DNA of 64,000 nucleotides from Muribaculaceae bacterium (lineage in GTDB: Bacteria; Bacteroidota; Bacteroidia; Bacteroidales; Muribaculaceae): assembly GCA_022510465.1 (NCBI GenBank), contig JAFLTJ010000002.1, positions 3,242-67,241 on the forward strand, read 5' to 3'. The translations under genes were made by a program, and so were the position numbers. Shown here in pieces: positions 10,456-18,835 of the stretch (its first letter is position 1; each line of letters begins with the position of its first letter). Under the pieces are notes generated by a model. It was not told where the DNA came from. It saw nothing but the letters and a program-made list of their open reading frames with translations, and made no database searches.

Positions 10456-10478
10456 AATCGTTAGTGTATCGCTGTAAT

Positions 10479-10552
10479 GGTGTATTAGTGAATTAGTACA
10501 CCGCAAAGGTAATACAATTATTTTCAATCCACCAAATTTTTTTTTAAAAAAA
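10479..10552 (-). promoter_or_regulatory. Bacteroidota-type promoter with an overlapping palindromic operator candidate, for the ABC/GntR operon
   Basis: Reading the minus strand: T7A9 tract (10537-10552), TTTG (10533-10536), 21 nt spacer, TACCTTTG (10504-10511). This is followed immediately by the perfect inverted repeat GGTGTA-N12-TACACC (10479-10502), 24 nt upstream of the ATG. Confidence 0.6.
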
Positions 10553-10653
10553 TACACTTGCAGCGAAAATAATCGCGATTGGCACAGAACGCCATCGTTA
10601 TGCCGGGGAGTGGAGATGACTATGCCAAGGCGATTGGAATAATGGAGTCGGGG

Positions 10654-11457
10654 CTATTGCCGGTTTAGAATATCTTTGATGACGAGGCCGCCGAGACTAA
10701 TGCCAAACATCGATGTAATATGCATTAACGAGCCGTTAATCTGGGCTTTAGAGCTGCACCATTCGTGATTTGTCAGAGAAGAATCGCCCGGCCCGTTCTG
10801 ATTCTTTGGACATAGGCATTGCCCGGTCCCGCATGCCTCATTGCTCCCTTTGTTTTCGAGAAGCTCATCACTAAAGACGCATAGAAATTTTTTTGCCGGA
10901 AAGCGTTTGAGACGTTTGAAACGTTTTCGCAACATTCGGGCCAGCGGGCAACCTTGCACCTTCCAGAATTCGGCAACTTTTATTCTTGTAGGGTCAACCT
11001 TTAGAGCCGCCCCCATTGATGATAGAAATTTTGCATTAGTCCTCGTGCCAAGCTCAATGAGTAAAGTCTTGTCTTTAAGAGAATCGATGCAATCTATGAT
11101 ATAATCGTATGTCTCAATGTTAAAATCGCCGGCCGTTTCGGCGCAAAAAATCTGTTGGCAAGCATTGATGTCGGCTTTCGGGTTAATCAGCAGCAGATGT
11201 TCTTTCAGAGCCTCGACCTTTACCTTTCCTACCGTTGCGGTGGTGGCCATAAGCTGGCGATTGATGTTGGTAACGCACACGCGGTCACTGTCAACAATGG
11301 TCAGATGTCTGATACCTGACCTTATCAGCGACTCGGCGCACCACGACCCTACGCCCCCTACGCCAAATATTATCACCCTGGCCTCCGACAGCCGGGTCAT
11401 GCAGTCGTTGCCCACCAACAGTCGGGTTCGGTTAAACACGGCTTCTTCAATACTCAT
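10654..11457 (-). CDS. tcdA: tRNA threonylcarbamoyladenosine dehydratase (ThiF/HesA family, TcdA-like)
   Basis: FGVGGVGSWCAESLIRSGI...IVDSDRVCVTNINRQ nucleotide-binding motif of E1-like enzymes, with TcdA-like size. The start was trimmed to ATG 11457 (MSIEEAVF). Confidence 0.8.
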   Translation of the reverse strand: MSIEEAVFNRTRLLVGNDCMTRLSEARVIIFGVGGVGSWCAESLIRSGIRHLTIVDSDRVCVTNINRQLMATTATVGKVKVEALKEHLLLINPKADINACQQIFCAETAGDFNIETYDYIIDCIDSLKDKTLLIELGTRTNAKFLSSMGAALKVDPTRIKVAEFWKVQGCPLARMLRKRFKRLKRFPAKKFLCVFSDELLENKGSNEACGTGQCLCPKNQNGPGDSSLTNHEWCSSKAQINGSLMHITSMFGISLGGLVIKDILNRQ

Positions 11458-11501
11458 AACGTTAGTTTGCCAATATTGCCAAAATTGCAATTTGCCGTTT
11501 T

Positions 11502-11795
11502 TTAGATTGAGTTTTCAATGTTCCAGGTAAAGGCGCGGAGGCCCAGGCGCGGCGTTTCTTCGTCGATGGCCTGAAGCCCGTCAAGAAGCGACTGGGCTCG
11601 TTCATCGGGCACGATAGTAAGGATTGCCGATGACATGGATGGCCATGCGTGGGAACCATAGTGGGGTTCGCCGGTTTTGCTGCCACGCCCCTGCACCTGT
11701 GGCCATGACGTAAATCCGCGGCAGTTTAGGTGATCCAACAGGTTGAGAATGCGCTCATGGTGGGCCTGGTCGTATGTTATCATTACTGCTTTCAT
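11502..11795 (-). CDS. Small P-II/CutA-like transporter-associated protein (PG0541-type)
   Basis: 97 aa. Its start overlaps the RND stop (ATGA at 11792-11795). MKAVMITYDQAHHERILNLLD...GFTSWPQVQGRGS resembles the P-II-like small proteins that trail Bacteroidota RND operons. Confidence 0.55.
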   Translation of the reverse strand: MKAVMITYDQAHHERILNLLDHLNCRGFTSWPQVQGRGSKTGEPHYGSHAWPSMSSAILTIVPDERAQSLLDGLQAIDEETPRLGLRAFTWNIENSI

Positions 11796-14700
11796 AGATT
11801 GTCGTTTTTAGCTTTAACTGCCTTGCGAATTTTGCGGCGCTGATTGCGCACGCCGTTATAGGCAAAGATGCAGTAAAGGGTTGGAACAAAGAGTAGTGTT
11901 AAAATGGTTGAAACGGTCAGACCGCCGATTACGGCAGTACCCATGGGCCGCCACATTTCGGCGCCTTGTCCGGTACCGACTGCCATTGGCACCATACCGA
12001 GAATTGTTGTCAGAGTAGTCATTACAACCGGGCGCAGACGTGATTTACCGCCGTCGATAACCGCCAGTCTGATTGACATTCCGCGCTCGCGGTTGAGGGT
12101 AATGTAGTCGATAAGCACAATACCGTTTTTCACCACGATACCGATAAGCATGATGGCTCCAATCATTGACATTACGTTCAGCGTGTGTCCGCTGAGGAAC
12201 AGGATTATAAATACACCCGAGAACGCGAACATCAATGATGTCATGATGATGGCCGGATAGGTGTAGCTTTCAAACTGTGCTGCCATTACGATGTAAACCA
12301 GAATGACGATAAGCGCGGCGAGGGTCAACAGGTCGCGGAATGAGTCTTGCTGGTCCTCAATGCTACCGGCGAGTTCAATGTTGACTCCGGTTGGGATGTG
12401 CATGCGGTCGATGGCGAGCCTGGCACGGTCGGCAACAACGTTCATCGGTACTCCGTTGACAACGGTAGAGACGGTGATGATGCGTTCGCGGTCTTTACGC
12501 TCAATGGTAGGCGGCGTGAAGCGTTCAACAACTTTGCCGACATCTTTGACGCGGATTGACTGTCCGGTTGATGAATAGATTAGAATATTTTCAATGTCTT
12601 CCAACGATGTACGTGAATCGGGTGTGTACATTACCTTTATGTCATATTCCTCGCCATCTTCGCGGAATGTTGATGCCAGGGCGCCGTTGATGCGGTTGCG
12701 CAGATAGGTGGCTGCCGTTTGAAGATTCAGACCGTACATTGCCAACTTTTCACGGTCGAAATCTACCTGGTATTCAGGTTGATAGTCTGAACGCGATATG
12801 ATGATGTCGGCCGTGCCGCGGAATGTGCGCAGCGAGTCGGCAAGCTGGCGTGCAATGGAGTCGGTTGTCTCAAAGTCATATCCGTATATTTCAAAATCGA
12901 CGGTTGACTGTCCGCCCATACCGGCCCCCATACCTCCGACGCTTACCTGAGCTTTCTTGAATTCGGGGTAGTGAAGAAGGTCTTTACGCATGAGGTCGGC
13001 AATTTCAACGATTCCTCGGTCGCGGTCGCCCGGGTTGCTTAATCGGATATTCATTGAAATGATGTGTGGGCCGTTGTCGCTGAGCGACGCAAAAGTGTTG
13101 TCAGACGAGGCGCTGCCGGTTGTGTAGTTCAACACCTTTATTTCGGGATATTTCTCGCGCCACTCGGAAGCAAGCCGTTTGGCGGCGTCTTTGGATATCT
13201 CAACGCGAGTGCCAATGGGGAGTTCAAGAGATACGCGCAGGCGGCCGTCGTCGGCCGTCGGGAAGAATTCGGTACCGACGCTACGCATAAGCAACAGGGA
13301 ACCGAAAAATATTCCGAGACAAACGAGAATTGTTATAGTCTTGTGGCTAACAACGGTTTTCAACAAGCGGGCATATCCGTTGTCGAAAGCGTCGAGTGCG
13401 CGGTTGATAGGGGTGAAGAATAGCTTGTAGAACCGACCGTGACGGTTGTTGAGACGCAGGAGCTGAGAGCAGAGCATGGGGGTCAGAGACAACGCGCAGA
13501 TGGTTGATATAATCATCATAATTGTCACCATCCATCCAAGCTGCTGGAACAGTACGCCGGTCATACCGGTTACAAGTGTCAGCGGGAAGAATACCGCGAT
13601 AAGGGTCAGTGTAGAAGCAATTACCGATATGGCGACCTCGTTGGTGCCGTGGACTGCGGCCTGCTTTGGGTCGGCGCCGCGCTCAATATGGGTCGTGACG
13701 TTTTCAAGAACCACAATGGCATCGTCGACCACCATACCGATTGATATTGACAACGCCGAAAGCGAAACGATGTTCAGAGAGTTTCCGGTTGCAGCCAGAT
13801 ATATGAACGACGCAATAAGCGAGATTGGAATCGTGATTGTGATAATCAATGTTGCTCGCCAACGCCCCAGGAATGTGAAAACGACGATGACCACAAACAG
13901 AAGGGCGTACATGACGGTCTCCACAAGAGAGTTGATAGTGTTGCGGATATTGTCGGATGTGTCGACTATGATGCCGAGCTTGACGTCAGATGGAAGTCTT
14001 TTCTGGAGCGACGGGAGCATTTTGAGAACTTTGTCGGAAATCTCAACAGAGTTGGCGCCCGATTGTTTCTGAATGACAATCATTGCACCTTTGACGCCGT
14101 CGTTGAATGTTTCTTGGGCGCGCTCTTCAAGCGAGTCGTCGATAGTCGCTACATCCCGCAGGTAAACGTTGCCGCCGTTGTGTGAGCCAACAACGATGTT
14201 GCCCATCTGGTCAGACGAAGTAAACTCGCCTTGAACACGGAGGGCGTATGTGTCGGACCCGATGTCAAACGAGCCGCCTGGAATGTTGCGGTTTTCGGCA
14301 GCGACAAGGCTTGCAATTGTCTCGATAGGGATATTGTAGGCCTCGATTTTGCGTGGGTCTACATAGATGTGTATTTCACGTTTTGGGGCACCTGATATCG
14401 ATACAGAGCCGACGCCGGAGATACGTGCCAGCGGGTTGGCCACGGCTTCATCAAGAATTTTATACAAGCCGGGCATTGACTCGTCGGCCTGCACCGAGAG
14501 CATGATAATTGGAATCATGTCGGTCGAGAACTTGAAAATAATGGGGTTCTCGGCGTTGTCGGGCAGGGCACTTTTTACCATGTCGAGCTTGTCGCGCACG
14601 TCGTTGGTCAGAACGTCGATATCTTTACCAAACTCAAATTCGAGGGTGATAACCGATATGTTTTCACGTGACTTGGAGGATATGTGTTTGAGGTCGTTTA

Positions 14701-14920
14701 CCGCGTTGAGCGCATTCTCAAGCGGGCGAGTGACGTTTTGCTCGATGTCTTGAGCCGAGGCGCCGGCGTAGGTTGTCAATACCATGATGGTGTTTGTCTC
14801 CACGTCGGGATATAGGTCGATTGGAAGTTTGCTGAGAGAAAACAGACCCATAATGGCGACTGCAACAAAGCAGAGTACGGTCATTACCGGTCGTTTAACA
14901 GCGCTTGAATATAGACTCAT
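11792..14920 (-). CDS. RND efflux transporter permease (AcrB/HAE1-type)
   Basis: 1042 aa with 12-TM RND architecture and large periplasmic loops. Conserved GMVVDDAIVVLEN and IGIVVKNGIVLIDY motifs. Confidence 0.93.
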   Translation of the reverse strand: MSLYSSAVKRPVMTVLCFVAVAIMGLFSLSKLPIDLYPDVETNTIMVLTTYAGASAQDIEQNVTRPLENALNAVNDLKHISSKSRENISVITLEFEFGKDIDVLTNDVRDKLDMVKSALPDNAENPIIFKFSTDMIPIIMLSVQADESMPGLYKILDEAVANPLARISGVGSVSISGAPKREIHIYVDPRKIEAYNIPIETIASLVAAENRNIPGGSFDIGSDTYALRVQGEFTSSDQMGNIVVGSHNGGNVYLRDVATIDDSLEERAQETFNDGVKGAMIVIQKQSGANSVEISDKVLKMLPSLQKRLPSDVKLGIIVDTSDNIRNTINSLVETVMYALLFVVIVVFTFLGRWRATLIITITIPISLIASFIYLAATGNSLNIVSLSALSISIGMVVDDAIVVLENVTTHIERGADPKQAAVHGTNEVAISVIASTLTLIAVFFPLTLVTGMTGVLFQQLGWMVTIMMIISTICALSLTPMLCSQLLRLNNRHGRFYKLFFTPINRALDAFDNGYARLLKTVVSHKTITILVCLGIFFGSLLLMRSVGTEFFPTADDGRLRVSLELPIGTRVEISKDAAKRLASEWREKYPEIKVLNYTTGSASSDNTFASLSDNGPHIISMNIRLSNPGDRDRGIVEIADLMRKDLLHYPEFKKAQVSVGGMGAGMGGQSTVDFEIYGYDFETTDSIARQLADSLRTFRGTADIIISRSDYQPEYQVDFDREKLAMYGLNLQTAATYLRNRINGALASTFREDGEEYDIKVMYTPDSRTSLEDIENILIYSSTGQSIRVKDVGKVVERFTPPTIERKDRERIITVSTVVNGVPMNVVADRARLAIDRMHIPTGVNIELAGSIEDQQDSFRDLLTLAALIVILVYIVMAAQFESYTYPAIIMTSLMFAFSGVFIILFLSGHTLNVMSMIGAIMLIGIVVKNGIVLIDYITLNRERGMSIRLAVIDGGKSRLRPVVMTTLTTILGMVPMAVGTGQGAEMWRPMGTAVIGGLTVSTILTLLFVPTLYCIFAYNGVRNQRRKIRKAVKAKNDNL

Positions 14921-14961
14921 CGTTGTGTGTTCAGAAAGTGATTAATGAGCAGAATAATGGT

Positions 14962-16002
14962 TTATTTTCTTGAAAGAAGTTCAACTTTCATGCCGTCGCC
15001 CAGTTTTGATTGTCCGGAAATTACAACAGAGGCTCCGTCGGGTACGCCGTCGATTATCTCATAGGAGTTGTCGATGCGTTGACCTAATGTTACTTTGTTG
15101 TAGCTGACGGTTTTGGTTGACGGGTTGTAGACATAGACGTATTTGTTACCCGAACCTGTTTGTTTGACAACAGCTCGGTCGGGCACAACAACGTGCATTT
15201 CCTCGCCAAAGCTCATGGTTACGCGGGCAAACATGCCGGGAAGGACTTTGTTTGTAGCGTTTGGTATCGTAATTTCAACTGTGAACGTGCGTGTTGCGGG
15301 GTCGATTGTCGGATGAATGAGGCTGACGTTTCCGGCGAATTTTTCGTCGGGATATGTGTCAAGTGTAATTTCGGCTTTCATGCCGTTGTGAACCTTTGAA
15401 AATTCGCTTTCAGAAATGTTCAGTATGACTTTAACGGGCTGTACCTGCTCAATGACGAGAATAGGGAGGGCTCCGGTCATATCTCCGGGATCATAGTTTC
15501 GGGCAGTAACCACTCCCGATATCGGGGATGTCAGGATTGTGTTTTCAACCATGTTGTTATACTGCCGGCGAGCTGCATCCAACTCGGTTTTGACCTGGTC
15601 GACTGTCTGTTGGGTTCCACCGCCTATTTCGAGGAGCTTTAGCGCCCGCTGATATTCGCGCTCGGTGTTGTCGAGCCTGACTTTGAGCTGGTCAATGTTG
15701 ACGTCGTCGAGAATGGCGACGCGCTGTCCGCGGGCAACCTTTGAGCCTACGTCAACGAGTATTTTTTTGATACGGTTTGGCGTTGAAGATGTGATATTGT
15801 TGGTTTTGAAAGCCTCGATTGACGCGGTGTATTCGCCTATTTGCGGCACCATGCGTGAGCTTACCTGCTCGACGTCAACGATGGGGGCCTCCTCAACGCG
15901 GGTAGAATCGGCTTCGGTTGTGTTTTGGTCGGAAGAACCGCAGGCCGAGAGTGAAAGCATTGCGGCCGACAGAGCTATGATGTGAAAATTTTTGTATGAC
16001 AT
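14962..16002 (-). CDS. RND efflux periplasmic adaptor (MFP) lipoprotein
   Basis: Lipobox LSLSAC, a coiled-coil hairpin, and barrel-sandwich and beta-barrel segments. It lies between the TolC and RND genes. Confidence 0.9.
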   Translation of the reverse strand: MSYKNFHIIALSAAMLSLSACGSSDQNTTEADSTRVEEAPIVDVEQVSSRMVPQIGEYTASIEAFKTNNITSSTPNRIKKILVDVGSKVARGQRVAILDDVNIDQLKVRLDNTEREYQRALKLLEIGGGTQQTVDQVKTELDAARRQYNNMVENTILTSPISGVVTARNYDPGDMTGALPILVIEQVQPVKVILNISESEFSKVHNGMKAEITLDTYPDEKFAGNVSLIHPTIDPATRTFTVEITIPNATNKVLPGMFARVTMSFGEEMHVVVPDRAVVKQTGSGNKYVYVYNPSTKTVSYNKVTLGQRIDNSYEIIDGVPDGASVVISGQSKLGDGMKVELLSRK

Positions 16003-16033
16003 AAAAAGTTATATTGGGGTATTTATAAACGGT

Positions 16034-17470
16034 TTATCTTGCAGGCATATATTGCTCAACGTTGTATGAACCAAGCAATTGCTCGAGATTGATTGTGGCT
16101 ATGATGTAGTCATAGATAGCTTGAACTTTAGATAGTCGCGCGGTTGTCAGAGAAAGTTCGGCATCGCGGAGGTCAAGGTAGGTTGCGGCTCCGATTTCAA
16201 AACTTTGAGCAACTATCTCATGGGCGACAGAGGCCTGATTTACGGTTTCGCCGCACGATGCTATCTGCTTGAGGTTTAGATTTATATTGTCGTAGGCCAC
16301 GTTGACTTGTGTGTTGACGGCATTTACAAGGTTTTCGCGCTGCCACTTCATTTCGTCGACCTGTATTTTGGCTTGCTTTATGCGGTTGTATCTCATACCG
16401 CCCTGATAAATTGGTACCGAGAGTGTCAATCCCACTACCGAATAGGGGTTCCACCGGAAATTGCGCAGCGGATTACCGTCGCTGGATGATGTCCAGTTGT
16501 AGGATGCTGTCAGTGCAAGGGTTGGGTACCATGCCATCTGTTGTACTTTCAGAGTGTTGTTGAGGAGTTGAGTGTTTAAGTCCAGTTTTCTAAGGTCGGT
16601 ATTTCCGGAGAGGTCGAATGTTGGCGATATGGATGCCTGAATACGTTGCACGTCGATGTCGGCCAGTGAGCCAACCGGGTCAATGTCAATGTATTGGCCG
16701 ATACCCATGAGAAGCAGAAGCTGTAGGCGTGCTTGCTTGATGGATAGCTCGGAGCGTGTTAACTCAGGCTCGATGTTTGCTACAGCCACATTCGCTCTCA
16801 AAACCTCAAACCTGGATGCAGTTCCAACCTCAAATTTTTTCTGGTACAGCGTGGCAGTAAACCGGGCCATGTCAAGGTTTTGCAGGATTACTTGCCGCGA
16901 GTCGCGCGCAAGCATGAGAGTGTAGTATGCGTTTTTAATCTGCGCCACTAAAGAAAGGCGTGAAGAGCGGGCTTCTTCAATGCTTTGAAGTATCTGAGTA
17001 TCGGATATGTCGATGGCTTTCCAAAGTTGGGGAGCAATCAGCGGCAGGGAGGCGGAGAATCCTAACTGATAGCTGTTGTCGAGGCCCATTTTGATACCAT
17101 TGTCGTTTTTCTTCTTGGATGAGCTTTCTGACGATTCGGGCAGGTCGGTATCTCCTCCGAGGTCGCCAAATCCCGGGAAATTGTCCATATTCATGTAGGC
17201 AACCTGCTTGGCAATCATGCGGTTGTACATTCCGGTAAAGCTGATATTAGGCAGTAGCTGACCGATTGTTTCTTTTCTCGAAAAGTCGAGGCGGTCAATT
17301 TCCATGTCGGCAACGTGTATTGTCGGGTTCTGACTAAGTGCAATCTCGATACACTGGTCAAGTGTCAAGATAACGGAGCTGTCGGCGGCCGTGACGTTCT
17401 CGGCTGCGAGGGATGCAAAAATCCCTGTGAGCATGGCATATCCTATCAAGAGAACTCGTTTTGTTTTCAT
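16034..17470 (-). CDS. TolC-family outer membrane efflux protein
   Basis: Signal peptide, LTLDQCIEIALSQNPTI opening and the two-repeat OEP architecture. It is the first gene of the efflux operon. Confidence 0.9.
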   Translation of the reverse strand: MKTKRVLLIGYAMLTGIFASLAAENVTAADSSVILTLDQCIEIALSQNPTIHVADMEIDRLDFSRKETIGQLLPNISFTGMYNRMIAKQVAYMNMDNFPGFGDLGGDTDLPESSESSSKKKNDNGIKMGLDNSYQLGFSASLPLIAPQLWKAIDISDTQILQSIEEARSSRLSLVAQIKNAYYTLMLARDSRQVILQNLDMARFTATLYQKKFEVGTASRFEVLRANVAVANIEPELTRSELSIKQARLQLLLLMGIGQYIDIDPVGSLADIDVQRIQASISPTFDLSGNTDLRKLDLNTQLLNNTLKVQQMAWYPTLALTASYNWTSSSDGNPLRNFRWNPYSVVGLTLSVPIYQGGMRYNRIKQAKIQVDEMKWQRENLVNAVNTQVNVAYDNINLNLKQIASCGETVNQASVAHEIVAQSFEIGAATYLDLRDAELSLTTARLSKVQAIYDYIIATINLEQLLGSYNVEQYMPAR

Positions 17471-17479
17471 TCTTGTAGA

Positions 17480-18688
17480 TTAGTTGTTGATTAGAGTAAA
17501 GCCGGCCTCGGTAAGTTGCTGTTTGAGCCGGGATATGTGTTCCAGATTTCGAGTTTCCACTTCGATGTGCAGAACGCAAGAGTTGATTGGGAGTGACGGA
17601 GTGTTTCGTTCGTGAACAACCGAGATTATATTTGCTCCCGAATTTCCTATGATGTTACAAACGTTTGCAAGCTGGCCCGGGCGGTCGCTGAGGTCAATTT
17701 TGAGTGATGTGTTGCGGCCGCTCTTGACAAGACCCCGAGTGATGACGCGGTTAAGGGATGTGACGTCGATATTTCCACCCGAAACGACGCATACGGTTTT
17801 TAATCCTTTTATGGGGACTTTGTTGAACATGGCCGCGGCGACGGCAACAGCTCCGGCGCCTTCGGCAATGAGTTTCTGCTTTTCCATTAGGGCGAGAATC
17901 GCAGCGGCGATTTCATCGTCGGTTACGGTAACAATTTTGTCGACGTACTCCCGGCATATCTCGAAAGTGTTGATTCCGGGCTCTTTTACGGCGATACCGT
18001 CGGCGATTGTAGCGACCGATTCCAGGTGTACGCGATTGCCGTCGTGCAGCGATTCAACCATTGACGGCGCTCCTGATGCCTGAACGCCATAAATTTTAAT
18101 ATTCGGATTTATTTGCTTGATGGCAAAAGCCATACCGGCAATGAGGCCACCCCCGCCAATCGGCACAATGATGGCATCGACGTTGGGCATTTCTTCGATT
18201 ATTTCAAGAGCAATGGTTCCCTGGCCGGCGATTACGAGCGGGTCGTCAAAGGGGTGAATCATTGTGTACCCGTGCTCCTGCTGCAACTCGATGGCTTTTT
18301 GATAGGCATCGTCATAAACGCCCGGGACCAGGCATACCTCGGCCCCCAGCGCTTTTGTCGCCTCAATTTTTGATATTGGCGCTCCTGCCGGAAGGCATAT
18401 CAGGGAGCGGATACCGTTGGATGTCGCTCCAAAAGCCACACCTTGAGCGTGGTTTCCGGCCGAGCAGGCGATGACGCCACGCGCTTTCTCGTCGTCGGAG
18501 AGACATGCAATTTTGTAATAGGCGCCACGTAGTTTGAATGAGCCTGTGTATTGCAGATTCTCGGGTTTGAGATATATGTGAGCGTCGGGGTTGAGGCTCG
18601 TTTCGCCAATTAATCGAGGATGTCGCACGACCTCTTTAAGGACACGCGCTGCATCGTATATGTCGCTTAATTCAAGATTACTTGCCAC
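17480..18688 (-). CDS. ilvA: Threonine ammonia-lyase (threonine dehydratase) with a C-terminal ACT-like domain; GTG start
   Basis: PLP-lysine motif TGSFKLRGA and the GGGGLIAG glycine loop. The C-terminal regulatory domain is about 80 aa. The codon at 18688-18686 is GTG. Confidence 0.88.
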   Translation of the reverse strand: MASNLELSDIYDAARVLKEVVRHPRLIGETSLNPDAHIYLKPENLQYTGSFKLRGAYYKIACLSDDEKARGVIACSAGNHAQGVAFGATSNGIRSLICLPAGAPISKIEATKALGAEVCLVPGVYDDAYQKAIELQQEHGYTMIHPFDDPLVIAGQGTIALEIIEEMPNVDAIIVPIGGGGLIAGMAFAIKQINPNIKIYGVQASGAPSMVESLHDGNRVHLESVATIADGIAVKEPGINTFEICREYVDKIVTVTDDEIAAAILALMEKQKLIAEGAGAVAVAAAMFNKVPIKGLKTVCVVSGGNIDVTSLNRVITRGLVKSGRNTSLKIDLSDRPGQLANVCNIIGNSGANIISVVHERNTPSLPINSCVLHIEVETRNLEHISRLKQQLTEAGFTLINN

Positions 18689-18719
18689 GATAAAAGGTTA
18701 CATTTTCGGTTTCGGAATG

Positions 18720-18727
18720 CAAAATTA
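18720..18727 (-). promoter_or_regulatory. Candidate -7 promoter box for ilvA
   Basis: TAATTTTG on the minus strand, about 30 nt upstream of the GTG start. No clean -33 TTTG. Confidence 0.35.
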
Positions 18728-18835
18728 GTTAAATCAGTATTTTTCTGACGCTAATTTTGGTGAATTTGGCTATTATCTCCTTATTTGGCGACAATTTGAC
18801 CAATCGATAAGCGATAAATCGGCCTAAACAGCTAC

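Noticed and set aside
10456-10557. N-terminal extension of the ABC ATPase ORF (MYFFKKKFGGLKIIVLPLRC...).
   Set aside because: The extension covers the A/T tract, the -33/-7 boxes and the palindromic operator. The canonical ABC N-terminus (MIDIKNLSF) begins at ATG 10455.
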